Assembly (NCBI GenBank): GCA_027923505.1 | Contig: BROI01000017.1 | Location: forward strand, 620,001-684,000 | Direction: 5' to 3' | From: Mayamaea pseudoterrestris | Lineage: Eukaryota | Length of the DNA stretch: 64,000 nt | Part shown: piece after piece, positions 51,048 through 63,600 of the stretch | Layout of the letters: the number at the start of each line of letters is the position of its first letter | Position numbering within the stretch: the first letter of the stretch is position 1 | The notes under the pieces: model-generated | Databases searched by the model: none | The model's input: only the letters and a program-made list of their open reading frames with translations | Told to the model about the DNA's origin: nothing | Program-made: the position numbers and the translations under genes

Positions 51048-52421
51048 ATGGTAAACAAGAGCTACGACGACGTTGGCGAGATACCCGCGATCAGACCGCA
51101 AAGTAATAATGAAACCATGGTTACGGAAGCGGCGTCAGTCGCTAGCAGCAGCAGCCTCAGCGCCGTGGAAATCGTAGCGTGGGAGCAACAAGGCGTCGAG
51201 GAAAGGAAGGAAAGTCATTTGCAGAATGACAGTGTGAATCGGCTCAAACCCAGACAAGAAAAGCATCGACGACGAACTGTTATTTCATGCTCTCTACTCG
51301 GCCTACTCCTTGTGCTCATTGCGGCCGCTGTCGCCGTTCCCCTGCTTATGTTTCATCAAGATTTTTCGGAAGCAGCAACGAGCTCCGACGAATTTTCCAA
51401 TTCGAGCAGCAGTACAAGCTCTCCTTCTACCAAGAATGACGACGAAGAGGAGGACGACATACCTATCGTGATACATGACGACGAAGAAGATACAGATGAT
51501 GTGATCAAGACTCCAATTCCCACTCCATCACCCACGACTCCAGCTGCTCCAGTATATACCAACAATATTACCACCTTTTACGTCATTGGTGACGTTCCAT
51601 ACAATTCACAACAAGCGATTGAAATTCGTCAGCAAATGCTCGACGTTCCAGACGACGTCGAGTTTGTCATTAATGTTGGTGACATTCGCAACGCTGGCCG
51701 CGACTTGACTTGCGTACAGTCCGACTACACGGACGCGGAAGCATTGTTTAACTTGTCACGAGCTCCTGTTTTTATGCTATTGGGAGATAACGACTGGAAC
51801 GATTGTCCCAATCCAGATGAAGGACTGACTTATTGGCGGAATCAGTTTGTGGGCTTTGAAAACAAATATTGGTCTGCGCCCTTTACCATTTCGCGGCTGG
51901 AGAATCATCCAGAAACCTTTACATTTCTGTGGAAGAACACTTTGTTTGTTGGACTGCAGTTGGTTGGTGGCGATATTTTGGATGAGAGTGAATGGAACGA
52001 TAGACTCGCTTCGCAAGCCAATTGGACGATGGATTTGATAACATTATATCGCTCGACACTTGATTCTACTGGCGATACCGGCAGAGTTGTCTTGTTCGGA
52101 CACTGCAATCCCAATTCAAAACACAAGCCGTACTTTGAGCCACTTGAGGATTTCATCGAATCTGAATTGAACAACTCACTACCCATGTTGTACGTGAATG
52201 GTGACTCGCATCGATGGGAATACAATACGTCGTTTCAGGATCAACCATCATTTCTTCGCATCATGGTGACGGGAGGATCAAGTGAACCGCCATTGAAGAT
52301 TGTAATAGATGGAAATGGATTATCAAGAGATGCAGTGACAGCATTTGCGTACGATCGTCAACTTGATGGATGGGTGTATGGGAATGGAACGTTCCCGGCC
52401 AGCAATGAGACAAGTCATTAG
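51048..52421 (+). CDS. Membrane-anchored calcineurin-like metallophosphoesterase
   Basis: Single TM helix, then GDVPY, NVGD, GDNDWNDC, FGH and NGDSH motifs. Confidence 0.8.
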   Translation: MVNKSYDDVGEIPAIRPQSNNETMVTEAASVASSSSLSAVEIVAWEQQGVEERKESHLQNDSVNRLKPRQEKHRRRTVISCSLLGLLLVLIAAAVAVPLLMFHQDFSEAATSSDEFSNSSSSTSSPSTKNDDEEEDDIPIVIHDDEEDTDDVIKTPIPTPSPTTPAAPVYTNNITTFYVIGDVPYNSQQAIEIRQQMLDVPDDVEFVINVGDIRNAGRDLTCVQSDYTDAEALFNLSRAPVFMLLGDNDWNDCPNPDEGLTYWRNQFVGFENKYWSAPFTISRLENHPETFTFLWKNTLFVGLQLVGGDILDESEWNDRLASQANWTMDLITLYRSTLDSTGDTGRVVLFGHCNPNSKHKPYFEPLEDFIESELNNSLPMLYVNGDSHRWEYNTSFQDQPSFLRIMVTGGSSEPPLKIVIDGNGLSRDAVTAFAYDRQLDGWVYGNGTFPASNETSH

Positions 52422-52601
52422 ACATGGCGACACGATTATTATCACCCTTACACACGGTCTCATACGGTTGTATAGCAATACATTTATTTCTCCTCCTCTT
52501 ACATAAGTAGAAGGTTCCATTGTTGCCCGGTGCGTACCGGTTTGTAAGTAGTTCAATGGAATAGCTAAGACAGACTGTAGAGCATATATATTTCTGAGTA
52601 A

Positions 52602-53375
52602 TTATTCCGTCGCAACTGTTGCAATTCTATCTGCTTCCTTCGCAAATTTAGTGCCAGCAACCATGCGATAGTTCATTTGTCGTTCCATCAACAGCGGCAA
52701 TCCCTCGGTGATATTCGTTCCATGCGCCAATAATTTTCCTCGGTCATCTACCAACACAAATTCATCAAAGACATGGTTTGGTACCCATACGAGTCGAAAA
52801 GCAATCCTTGCCTTGAACTGCAGACCTGCAACGTCTTGAGCGGCGCAGGTTGTCCAGCTACCGCCGGGGCCAAGCTCGGGCAAGGAAGCAATGCGTATTC
52901 CTGGGCCCAGTAAATTGCCTCTCGCAATACCAGGTACATGTCCCTCATTTTGATTGTTTGACACATCATCAGCAATAGGAGTCAAGTCAACGTGATTCCA
53001 GTCGTTAAAGCAGTGACCCGTGTACCCCTGTCCAGGAGTCGCATTCGGAAGATCTCTCAACCCTCCAGCCCACAATAACTTGCGCCGAATGTCTTCCCAT
53101 GGAGCATTGGATAATTCGTCGCGATCAACGAGTTCCTTCACACGCTGACGCGCTGACTCGAGTCGAACGACGGCAGTTCCAGGGGATTCGGCGTCAAAAC
53201 TAGAGGATGCGATTGATGACATGCTGGCAGCAGTTGTCGTCGTTTGAGTGTGAAGGATGCGACTTGTTCCTGAGCTCGTCACAAAAGCAGACGCGTTATT
53301 GGACGTAGCGATGATTGAGCGAGGTGCAAGTGTCGTCGCGAATGCAAATAGAGTGGGTGCGATTCTCATGGTCAT
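52602..53375 (-). CDS. Hypothetical protein with N-terminal targeting-like peptide
   Basis: ORF of ~260 codons with a globular-looking core (LLWAGGLRDL, GQGYTGHCFNDWNH). Family not recognised; start uncertain. Confidence 0.65.
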   Translation of the reverse strand: MTMRIAPTLFAFATTLAPRSIIATSNNASAFVTSSGTSRILHTQTTTTAASMSSIASSSFDAESPGTAVVRLESARQRVKELVDRDELSNAPWEDIRRKLLWAGGLRDLPNATPGQGYTGHCFNDWNHVDLTPIADDVSNNQNEGHVPGIARGNLLGPGIRIASLPELGPGGSWTTCAAQDVAGLQFKARIAFRLVWVPNHVFDEFVLVDDRGKLLAHGTNITEGLPLLMERQMNYRMVAGTKFAKEADRIATVATE

Positions 53376-53872
53376 GTAATTCGGACGATCGAATTTTTGC
53401 TTGCGATGGTCAATTTGTCGCTCATCCCTCCAGCGCGGCGGAACGAGATTCATGACGTGGTCGTAGCGTCACTCGCCCAGCTAACACACACTACTCAGTA
53501 GTTCTTTTATTTACAGTTGCCTCTTACTGGAGCACAAGAATTTACGGCCAACATGCATCGGTATGCGATCGGTATATTGCCTCAAAGGCAAAGCTAATCA
53601 TGCATATATTGAACCTCGGCGATGTAGATAATTTAGCTAGCTAGTTCATAAACATTAGTTAATGATAGTAAGCTAGTAATATATCAAGCCTGCAAAGCAT
53701 ACCGTTCTATTTGTTACTGTATGGATGAGAAAGGCAAATTGAAGTCAAAGACTGATATATGTGAGATGAAGAGTAGAAGTGGCGACGACACATAAATCGA
53801 AGGTCAATAGCATACCTGCGGTAGCATACAGAAATAATCGCCAAGAGGACAACGATGCTCAGTACATCGCGA

Positions 53873-54900
53873 CTATACGATGATTAGCTTCTTGTGTTTG
53901 TATTCGGGCACGCGTTCCTTGTATGTATCAAAGAGGCGACGCACTTGTTCCAAATACTTTTCGTGCCAAATGTCAATCTCTTCCTGTGAGGGTCGTTCGA
54001 TATGCGGCATACCGAGCGGCTGCCCCGCCACATAAAGAAGCTTGGCTGAACGAGGAATCGGCAAACCCCATTTTCCCCATATATAAGTTAGACTGGAGAG
54101 GGGAATGTGCGAATAAGGTCTTTGTCGCCGGGAGAAGACAACTCAACACGCCAAAATACTTACGATACCTGAAGCTTGCGCGACAGATCCGCCAGTACTT
54201 CATTTTTCAACACAGACAAAACTGATGTGTTTCCAAACAAATAAACTGGAACCACATCAACTCCAATTGACAAAGCGAGCGTTATAAATCCTTTGCGATT
54301 CCTAAGGTATAGTCGCTCGACATTCTCGCAGCTCATGAATAGCTCCGCCATACCACCAACTTACAGAACCAACGTCCCTTCAGCACCCGGCTTGGCAAGT
54401 TGTCGTAGCATACTCTGTTTCGATGCTGAAACTAGGCCAAAGATTCCAAGAACATGTTTCAAAATTGGTGTGTGCAGCAATGCATCAGCAACCGCGGTGG
54501 GTGGCAAGGAAGTCGTCGGACAATTAATGGCTGAACAAATACCGCAAAACGATACGGCGCCGTGGGGTTGACAAACAAGCAAAAAGTTTTTACCGCTGTT
54601 GATCTACTGTGTTACATTGCGAGGTTTGGCTTCGTGTATCTCCTCGTAGTCAAAGTACGTCAATAAAGGGGAAAGTCTCCGGACGAGCCAGGGCAAGTGC
54701 ATTGGCTTGACAAGTATTGATAAGACAATGGGGGAAACGAACAACCAAACGGCATGCGATGTTGGCGACTTGATCAAAAGGACCAACGCTGAGATCATGT
54801 AGAAGGGAGCAAGAAAATACATGCTGGAAAAAACGGCGCTCTGGATCATGCCGATTGTATAAAGAACTGATCGTTCGCGACTCGTTTCATTAGCGGTCAT
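53873..54900 (-). pseudogene. DGAT2: Diacylglycerol acyltransferase type 2 with two in-frame stops; intron 54093-54163
   Basis: YFDY, QPHG, VGGMAELF, RKGFI, VVPVYLFGNT and WGLPIPR motifs in one spliced frame. TAG at 54604-54606 and TAA at 54361-54363 interrupt it. Confidence 0.82.
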
Positions 54901-55358
54901 GCTTTCTAAATAGCCACACATGACTCTGACTATGCAGCACAATGATGATGTTGTTTACTCTATGACGAGGAGGACGATGCAGGCTGAGCGGCTGAGCCAT
55001 GGCCGCGAACGCTTTCGAACTGAATGATCCACTGGAACATACGTCATGCATCTTTTCAACACTCATGACGCAGTTTTCACTAGCAATTGATGACAATTCA
55101 CGACACTTTAAGTACCGGTACGAGGATCATTGTTTGGTGCTGGCTGTAAAAAATAATATGGGTGTCGAGTACTCCTACTGGCATGCTGTAAGCCCATTTT
55201 CGAGTTGTACATATTAACAGTAGTAAAGTAGGCACGAAGTAATATGGTTTGTATCATCTATATCTGAAAATCTCAGAGTGACGGCACATCATGGACGTCA
55301 GTCTTAATTTGCACCAATTCGAAGCGGCCGTCGCTACTCGAGTGAGACCACCATGATT

Positions 55359-56322
55359 TTACTCGACAGTCTTCAACTGCGGATACCATCCCTGCATGGC
55401 TTCGACAAGTTTAGCAAAACATTCCTCCAAATCGTTGTTCACCAAGACACGATCAAAATTTCCTTCTGCTTGTCCGTACTCCAATTCCTTGGCTGCGTTG
55501 CCCAGCCGTACCTTCATGGCATCCTCCGACTCTGTGCCGCGCCCGCGCAGACGCTGCTCCAGTTCCTCCAATGAAGGTGGTGCAACGAAGACGTAGATTG
55601 GGTCAAGGCTGCTTTCTTTGACCTTTTGGACGCCCTGAATGTCAATGTCGAGGATACAAATCTTTCCACTTTGTTTTACTGATTCGACGGCGGCAATGCT
55701 GTGTAAAGTATGATGTGGCTATAGTTAGAAAAGGTGCATTGCAGCGAAGTGGGGTACGCGAAGAATGAATCACTTGATTATAACATGCCATCGCCGACAC
55801 TTCAAACTCCGATACAAACCGTAATCGCCAGACAAGACGCAACAGCATACTCTTCAACATTCTTTCTACTAACGCGCACCTTGTTCCGTAGTATTTACCA
55901 TGCACTTCTGCATACTCAATGAATTTCTTGTCCATAATCGCTTGCTCAATCTCCTTGACTGTCGTAAAGTGATAGTGAATGCCATTCTCCTCGCCGGGCC
56001 GAGGCTGGCGAGTTGTATGTGAGACGGAGAAACCAAACTGATCATTGGGAAAAGTCTTTTGGAGCTTTTCAATGAGTGTTCCCTGCTTGTGTATAGTAAA
56101 GATGTTGCAAGAGGATGAGGCACATGAATTGGCTGGGGGCGGATCAGGCCGACATGATAATCCAATGGTGGTCGTCGAAGTTCCAGCTTGTCGGATGTAC
56201 TTCTTCTCGATAACTCTTTAATCTACTACTAGTATAAATTTTACCTCTAATGTAGCTACACATACCTTTCCGACGCCACTGGGGCCACAGAAGACAATTG
56301 GACGAAGAGGATCGGTGCTCAT
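55359..56322 (-). CDS. Guanylate kinase, 3 exons (introns 56083-56265, 55699-55879)
   Basis: GPSGVGK|GT P-loop, SVSHTTRQPRPGE, FIEYAEVHGKYYGT, CILDID and LEQRLRGRGTE. Confidence 0.94.
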
Positions 56323-56521
56323 GGTTGCAAGGTACTCGTAATCGTAGAATTCGAATGTGATTTGGATTTGTTGCTCCATGGCGGGCCGCGATGTGCCATT
56401 TCGATACCGATACGACATCATCGACATTCGTCTCGTCTCGCAAAAAAAATGAACATGGCCATGTTCCAGCCGCTCCTCCAGATCATATCGAATCTACAAC
56501 AATCATTGTTACACTTTCAAC

Positions 56522-57283
56522 ATGGCTTCAAATTGCAAAGTATGTTCATAATGTGTGTGTACAGTGTACATACCGCCGCGATACTCGTCGTTTTTTGCGT
56601 CCCGTCTCGTCTCTCGTCGCTCGCTCATTCGTTTTAAATGTTGACGATATGATACAGTCAAGTACGGTGGGAACACAAGATCAGAGTCGACTCCAAATTG
56701 AAAAAATGGAGGTTGAACGAGAGGAGCGTCGGCATGGCTTGATGATAGTAAAGACCAAAAAGGTGAGCGAGCATCGTCGGCGTTTACGCGTTTACTGCAA
56801 CATCCAACAGATCTAACCTTTCATTTTCCTCATCGAATCACTGGTAACTTTCAATTACTGTAGTGCAATCAAAACCCCGCAAAAGAAGAGCAAAGGTATA
56901 TTGCTGTCGGTAATTCTGGAGATGTCGATATTATCGAATTGGGTGAGAGCAAGAGCCAGTCGCAGGATGCAACTACATCAACCACGTTGATGAGTCATGC
57001 TTCTAATTTTGTCGTCGAGAAAGTGGACGCCGAAAATCAACCGCACGTGCAAAACGCCGCTGAGGAAATCTTGAACCTGCATATGGAGAATATTCAGGAG
57101 AATGCCGAGCTCTTGTCAGAGGAAGGTCATTTGCTGCAGATGGTGCAGCGGGAGACTGTCACAGACAAAGAAATGGATGATTACGCAGCTGCGCTTGAAG
57201 CTATCCTTGCACGAAAAGAAGATATGATTCTTGGTTTGCAGGAAATGATTGCCGTATTGCGAGATGGATCGGTTAATGGTTAG
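56522..57283 (+). CDS. ~180-aa coiled-coil protein resembling a kinesin-13 neck plus tail with no motor domain (predicted introns 56540-56657, 56763-56863)
   Basis: Two phase-0 GT..AG introns join the frames. IEKMEVEREERR...EEQRYIAVGNSGDVD and EILNLHMENIQENAELLSEEG...DDYAAALEAILARK recall kinesin-13 non-motor regions (recognised from memory, not searched). Confidence 0.5.
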
Positions 57284-57608
57284 ATCTGTGCTAGTTGCGT
57301 ACATGAAGCGAACTTGACTACCGTAACGTAACAATCTTATCTTTGCAAACCGATATAGAGTCTTCGCAAAGTTGCAGTATGGTTCTTTCGCACGTCCTGG
57401 CGCAAACTACTGTATGAAAAATGCCGGCGCTAGTAGATGAAACAAGAAAAGGGGAGGTGACTTTTGATAACCGCTACGATATCAAGGAATGCCGACGAAC
57501 CGTAACGCTCACGCGACGAGACCCCACATTTGAAATGTGAACGAACGTTTCACTTACTCTTTGATCGCTGGTGATGGCCTTGTAAAGTATATAATACAGC
57601 AGTTGTTC

Positions 57609-58862
57609 ATGTTTCGCAACATAACTGATCGTATTGTCACGGCAGCATCAGCAGTGGCAGCGTCTGCCGGCTTGACGGACAATCGAGTTTCCGCCTTGAC
57701 GGCTCTCGGTTTCGAACAAGTTGCTGCGCAGCAGGCACTTCAGGCCTGCGACGGCAACGTTGACCGAGCTGCGGAGCTCTTGCTCGCGAGTCCTACTAGT
57801 GGAAGTACGAATAACACAACAAATACAGAAACAGGAAGTCAATTCACTCCCATTACTATTGAAGACGATGACGATGCCAAAGTATGGCGGCAAGTCATTG
57901 ACGAAAGTCGACGAACTGCTAGTGTTGAACACCGACGTCAAGAGAAACGTTCCGCAGCATCTATTAAGGCAGGACAAGCTGCCGTCTTACCAACAAATTC
58001 TCCAGTTATTACAATGAAGCCGACTTCTCTCGCCCTGACGCATCCGCGAGTCAATGTTCTCGCGAAACTCCAGGACAAACCGACGGAAGAACAGATTCTT
58101 CGTTGCGCGGATCGCCTTAAATCATTCCCAGCAGCCGTTGACACGCTCCATCGAGTTTTGTCTATGATTCAAGCCAATCCTGATGATCAGAAGTACCGAA
58201 GTATCGACAAGTCGCTGGCTAGCTATCAGCGAAGCATAGGTAATGCAATTGGTGCTGATGATTTCATCCAAGCGATGCAGTTTCTGCCGCGCGACCGATC
58301 GACTTTGGTATTGGATCGTCACTTAGTGGATCCTGCCTTGCTCTATTTGGGGATCTCGGCGCTGGAGCAGACGAAACTTACGCCCGAATACAATGAGGTC
58401 AAACAGCTCCAAATGTTTCGTAAGGATGTTTCGAATCTGTTGGCGGTGGCTGCCGCGAGCGAGTCAGAGGCAACTGCGCAGGCGAACTTTTTATCGAAAT
58501 GTCCGACGGAACCACCCGAAGGTCGGGGAGCGCTTATGACTGTAATTCTCGCAGATCAAACGTTGCGCCGTCGGTTTGATGGCGATGACACTTTGGCCGA
58601 TGTCATTCATTGGCTCGGCGGTCATGGAAACTTTATTTATACCAAACTTTTAAGCCGAGAGTGGAGCTTGTTTGACAAGAACGCATATCCGCTTCGCGTC
58701 GTGAGTTGCGACGAGTCGGTTCAGCGTTATACGCTGCAATATCTTGGTTGTTGGCCAAGCGGTTTTTTAGAGATATTACCGACTTTGGAGGAACGAAAGA
58801 AAACGAACGCATCTACGGGGAGCATGGAACAGCAACTGGGTTCAGCGGAGGCCTTTCGGTAG
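57609..58862 (+). CDS. UBA-PUB-UBX domain protein (probable Cdc48/p97 adaptor)
   Basis: UBA-like LTALGFEQ...GNVDRAAELLL, PUB-like NPDDQKYRSI, UBX-like LRRRFDGDDTLADVIHW. Confidence 0.78.
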   Translation: MFRNITDRIVTAASAVAASAGLTDNRVSALTALGFEQVAAQQALQACDGNVDRAAELLLASPTSGSTNNTTNTETGSQFTPITIEDDDDAKVWRQVIDESRRTASVEHRRQEKRSAASIKAGQAAVLPTNSPVITMKPTSLALTHPRVNVLAKLQDKPTEEQILRCADRLKSFPAAVDTLHRVLSMIQANPDDQKYRSIDKSLASYQRSIGNAIGADDFIQAMQFLPRDRSTLVLDRHLVDPALLYLGISALEQTKLTPEYNEVKQLQMFRKDVSNLLAVAAASESEATAQANFLSKCPTEPPEGRGALMTVILADQTLRRRFDGDDTLADVIHWLGGHGNFIYTKLLSREWSLFDKNAYPLRVVSCDESVQRYTLQYLGCWPSGFLEILPTLEERKKTNASTGSMEQQLGSAEAFR

Positions 58863-58934
58863 GAACGTCTCCCCTTCAAAACAAAGTCTTTGATACTCAC
58901 TTCATAATAAATACGATGTTGTCTCAAGCATTAT

Positions 58935-60566
58935 CTACGTCTTACGAGTAATAAATTCCATCGTAACTCCATCTTTTTCTTCCGTCGTGATCTTTGTAAA
59001 TTGAAGCAATAGGTCTCCGTGAGTGCATCCAGCTCCATCTGACCACTTATCAAGGTAAGGCTGTATTTCGTCGAATTGCCATTTACTCTTTATAGAGAAG
59101 ATGGATGCAAAGCCACAAGACGGGTCACGAGGCAACGCATCAGCTGGAAAATACTGCCAGTACGACGCTTCTCTGTCGCCGTTCAAGGTTGGCACTTCGA
59201 TGGCAATACCACCCAGCATTAATGTACTGACTTGGTATTCAAGTCCGACACCTGGGAGCTCGGCCTGCCATCGGTCGACAAAGAGCGATTGCTCCCAGGG
59301 CTGTGTTTGCCGCTGAAGAAGTTGTCGCGCTACAATGGCAGCCACTTTCGATACGTCAATAATTACTTTGTTATCGATGTCCATAATAGTCCCGTCGTTT
59401 TCCGTGCTCTTCTCGATATCAGTGGCGTTAGTCTTCCCGTCATCTCGAGCCAGGCGATTAACGCAAAAGGAAACGAGGCCTCGCTTACCTCCTGGCAAGC
59501 AGCGCATGACTTCTTGTCTCGATTCGCTACATGAAAATCGCTCCACTGCGCTTTGTATTAGTAAATTACGCGATACACCACGTGCGTAGTCGGTAAGTTC
59601 GGCAATTTCGGCCAGTGCAGCGACGATAGCCTTATAGGCTTCCATATACGCCTCCTCTGACAAGATGACAAAAGCAGTTGGTATTGACTTTGGCAGTGGA
59701 TAGTAGGTAACGGACGCAAAGAGAGCCTTATCTGCCGACATGACCTGGGCGACCTGTGCTTCCGAAACTTGTAGCTGATTAGCAAGTTCGCAGACAGTGA
59801 CGCCTTGAGCACTCGAACAGGTCGCTTGGCTGATATCCTGTCCATTGACAATAGACATTTGATCATCACGGTCAAATGGATCGAGCACTAGCCTGTGTTG
59901 ACGAAACAGCTGCTCAATGGTGCCCTTCGAAAGAGTCTTTGGACGGAGCTCTAAAAAGGACGCTCCATTTCCACCAGGTTTGAGCAAGCAAGCCGGAACG
60001 GAACGAATCATCTTGACGCGATTGCTCACTAGATGAATCTCTTTTGTTATGGTTGTTGTTGCGGATTCTTCTCCATCGAATGTCAATGCTGGCGCAGGAG
60101 GAACCATAATGAAGCAGTTGGAGGTTTCCACGCGTTGCACGTGAAAGCTCGTTTGCTTGTGTTCTGATACTAACGCGGCTTGTGTCGCAGTCAAGGCAGG
60201 AACAACAAACTTGGCGCTTTTGAGATCAGAGATAGTCCATCCCAAAGGTAGCTGCAGCAAAAGAAGAGCACCGTTCTTGCCTTTGGTATCAGTTGTTGGC
60301 GTTGCATTTGTCTCGACGGATAAGGACGAGGACTCATGTACGAGCAAATCGGAACGAGGCAGAGTCAACAAACAAGTCGTTCTGTTGTTGCTGATGCAAG
60401 CATCGAATGCAAATACCATACTGTCCATCGGGTACAAGAAGGAATTTACATCAATCATTTTGCCGGTAGCTGTGGTAGCGATGGTCGGCGAGGTTTCAAC
60501 ATTGCACATCGTAGCGGCACACAAACACCGGTACGACATCTTTTTTTTGGGCGTTCCATCACCCAA
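58935..60566 (-). CDS. DCC1: Sister chromatid cohesion protein DCC1 (Ctf18-RFC subunit); start uncertain
   Basis: AALVS...FHVQRVETSN near the N-terminus, and WQAELPG...LPRDP...FSIKSKWQFDEIQPYL at the C-terminus. Confidence 0.75.
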   Translation of the reverse strand: MGDGTPKKKMSYRCLCAATMCNVETSPTIATTATGKMIDVNSFLYPMDSMVFAFDACISNNRTTCLLTLPRSDLLVHESSSLSVETNATPTTDTKGKNGALLLLQLPLGWTISDLKSAKFVVPALTATQAALVSEHKQTSFHVQRVETSNCFIMVPPAPALTFDGEESATTTITKEIHLVSNRVKMIRSVPACLLKPGGNGASFLELRPKTLSKGTIEQLFRQHRLVLDPFDRDDQMSIVNGQDISQATCSSAQGVTVCELANQLQVSEAQVAQVMSADKALFASVTYYPLPKSIPTAFVILSEEAYMEAYKAIVAALAEIAELTDYARGVSRNLLIQSAVERFSCSESRQEVMRCLPGGKRGLVSFCVNRLARDDGKTNATDIEKSTENDGTIMDIDNKVIIDVSKVAAIVARQLLQRQTQPWEQSLFVDRWQAELPGVGLEYQVSTLMLGGIAIEVPTLNGDREASYWQYFPADALPRDPSCGFASIFSIKSKWQFDEIQPYLDKWSDGAGCTHGDLLLQFTKITTEEKDGVTMEFITRKT

Positions 60567-60692
60567 TCGGTGTTGGCTTGACGATGCTTCTTTCGGTACA
60601 AGTACTCCTTATGAAGAAACCTTCTTTTTTATCTGCCAACATTATGCACTTGTAGATGATAAAAGCTTGATAGAAGAATTACCCGAAAAGCC

Positions 60693-63600
60693 ATGACGCC
60701 AAACTCGGTCCTCGTTTTGCATTCCACGAATCCAGCTGAAGATGCCGATTGCCTCCAAGCCATTCTCCAATTCTCCGATTTTGTCGACTGTCCAGCTATA
60801 CGACGAAACGCTCCGGCATCTTTAAAGCGTGCTGATGGAACAGTAATATTCATTGTTCAGTCCGATGACTCCGCCGTCGGATCTGTCGTGTATTGTATTC
60901 CAGATCAGGAAAGATGGAGAGAGATAGAGCTTGCGGCCGAATCCAACAGACAAGCTCGCCTAGAGATTCGTCTGATCACCGATTATAATCTGCGATTGGG
61001 CGAGCTGATTCTGCCTTCGAAGGCACGCATGATTTTGGTATCATCACAGTTACTCACGTCGCCGTTCGGACGAATTGAGTTGTCAAATATGCTCATTTCC
61101 TCGACGAACAGTTTAAATAAAGAGAATAGCAGTAAGATTGCAGATAGTGTGTTCTCGTCAACGACGGCGGCAGCCCCAATCATTCAACTGCCTAGGTTTC
61201 GCACTTTACAAGCTGCATGTGTTGGGATGGGCGGGAATATGCACAACTTCTCGCTAAATGCCCGAGAGGCTGCTAGCTTTGAGACAGACCTCTTTAAAGG
61301 CAAGATTATATGCGTCCTCCGCCCCGAGAATCCTAGTAGCGACGATCCTTTCTGGCATGAACGAGTCTTTGCTCATAAGCGGCGCCGACTGATAATCAAT
61401 GTTCAAGGTACCTTTAAAAAGCAACCGACTGGTGTGGTTTATGCTGGCGCCGAGATTTCAAAGCCTATGAGGCTCGGTCTTGTGACGCGAGCGCTGGCTG
61501 GTGTGTTGCTCAAGTTGGTGGATCGGTTCATCCCCGGCGTTCATTCATCGTTCGGAGACGACAATGAACAAGCACATATTGTGGCTCCAGCGCTGGGCTT
61601 TTTCGAACGTATTGTAGTAACTCCTCCCGGAAAAATTGCGCCTAAACTCGATGAAGATATTGTGGAATCGACAGAATCGATGGCCAGTCGTAGAAGTGGC
61701 AAGTCGAGTATAAAATGGAACACGGTTGATACCTTCACATTTTCCTTTTATTCGATGAATATTGACTTGCCAAATTGGTCATTAGTTGGACTGCCAGTCT
61801 CTGGGGATATATCTTTGACAACATTTTGGGGAGACTCCGCTTTAAAACTCTGTATGTACGAGAAATCGGGGGCGGACAAGCAGCATCGGACCGACTTGAA
61901 GCGCTATGTCTTTGCAATGCAGGTAAGCCGACAAAGACGGTATATATGTATCTTAGATCATCGCTGACATTTCGCTTTCTTGACTCATAGATCAAGTATC
62001 TTGGACGAGAGACTCCAGCGTCCGACATATATGAAGCCGAAGAGGACATTCTTCGATGGAGTGGTCGAGATGCTGTGGTAGACCAGAGTGAAAGCCAGAT
62101 GCTTGATGGGCCCTTAGAGGAATTGGAAGATGAATCTGATGCAGAATCCCTTTTTTACGATGCTGAGCAGCCGAAATTGGGAGTTGACCTTCATCGGATG
62201 CGGATTATTCCGTCGCGTTGCATGGAAATACTCTCGGCAATCGATGTTTTATGTCCGGCCTGGATTGAAATTGTATCCAGTCGTGGTAATTACACGCATG
62301 CTTTTGCTGTGAATATAAATGGAGTGACCATGTTGCGTTCAGTTGAGGACTGTAATGAGTTAATCGGCGACAGTGCCGCGTCAACGCTTGTGGAGCGGAC
62401 TTTTTCGCCCCGTCTATCGGCGGCTGAGCGGATGAGGAGAATGATTGGTTGGGCACTTGTCAATCCACAAGAAGTGGAAATCGCGGCGAGCAAAATTACT
62501 CATTTCCGGCAACGGCGTCGTACGTTTTTGAACAACTTTTTAGGCGGGGCTGTCTCTTCATTGTCAGAGAAAGAGAAGTCGCACTTCAAACTATCTGGGA
62601 ACGTCTTTAGGGCCTTGAGTGATCGACACTGGGTCCAGGAGTATGTCACGCTTACAACAAAACGTATTGCGTTTGTTCATCCCGGCAAGAAAAAGCCAAC
62701 CTTCCATATAAACCTAGCCAGCGTCGTTGAAGTTGCCAGACTTGCAGTGGAAGATTGTCCGATGTTTAGCAATCAGTATTTTCTCGCTTTCCGGTCACTT
62801 GGGCGATCGGTGTATTTAATGTTTGGGTCTGAGAAGCATCGAGAGCGATTCATTAGCGACTTTTTTAACTTAAAGGTTATGGAAGGCGGCACAGCCGGAC
62901 TTGCAGGGTCCATTAATTCCGAAATGAGCACTGCGTCCCGGCTTGCTCTGATTGATAATCCTGCTGATGAGTTCATGCACAAGAGTAGCATGTGGAATTG
63001 TCAACGGCGACGAATTCTTAATTGCGGCATGTTTAACTTTCGACATTCCATGCCCTCATCTGATCCTATGGAGCAGGTAGAGGATGTGCTGAGGCAAGCA
63101 TTGGAGCCGCTCAGCAGCACCGTTGACGAGGTGGACCAGCGTCGACTATTTCTCGACGCTGCGGCAAAGCTGAAGCAAGCTGACGTTCGAGACCTTTCGG
63201 AGGAATCAAAGCGTGCATTTTTCTTGAACCTGTATCATTTGATGATTATGCATGCATACCTCATTCTCGGCCCTCCGGACTGGAGCCTGAAGTGGATATC
63301 ATACTTTAACAGCATTGCGTATGAGGTTTCTGACGATATTTTTTCGCTTGCCGAATTGGAGCACTGCATTCTTCGGAGTAAAATGAGTCAACCGTCCCAG
63401 TTCATATCGCGGCTGGTCATCCCTCGATCACACTACGATATTGCGCTCTCATCTGCAGATTTCCGTATCAACTTTGCACTGAATTGCGGCTCGCTTTCGA
63501 ATCCCTTGTACATATTTGTTTACGGCCTGGACACACTCGACGCTCAACTCGATGCCGCGAGTCGCTTATGCCTGGCGTCGGCCTCGGTGACGCGAAAGAG

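Noticed and set aside
54361..54606. Stop-codon reassignment as an explanation for the DGAT2 stops
   Set aside because: Neighbouring genes terminate normally at TAA and TAG.
56522..60566. Functional clustering of segregation genes (DCC1, kinesin-13-like) near the putative centromere
   Set aside because: They are interspersed with unrelated housekeeping genes; chance is a sufficient explanation.
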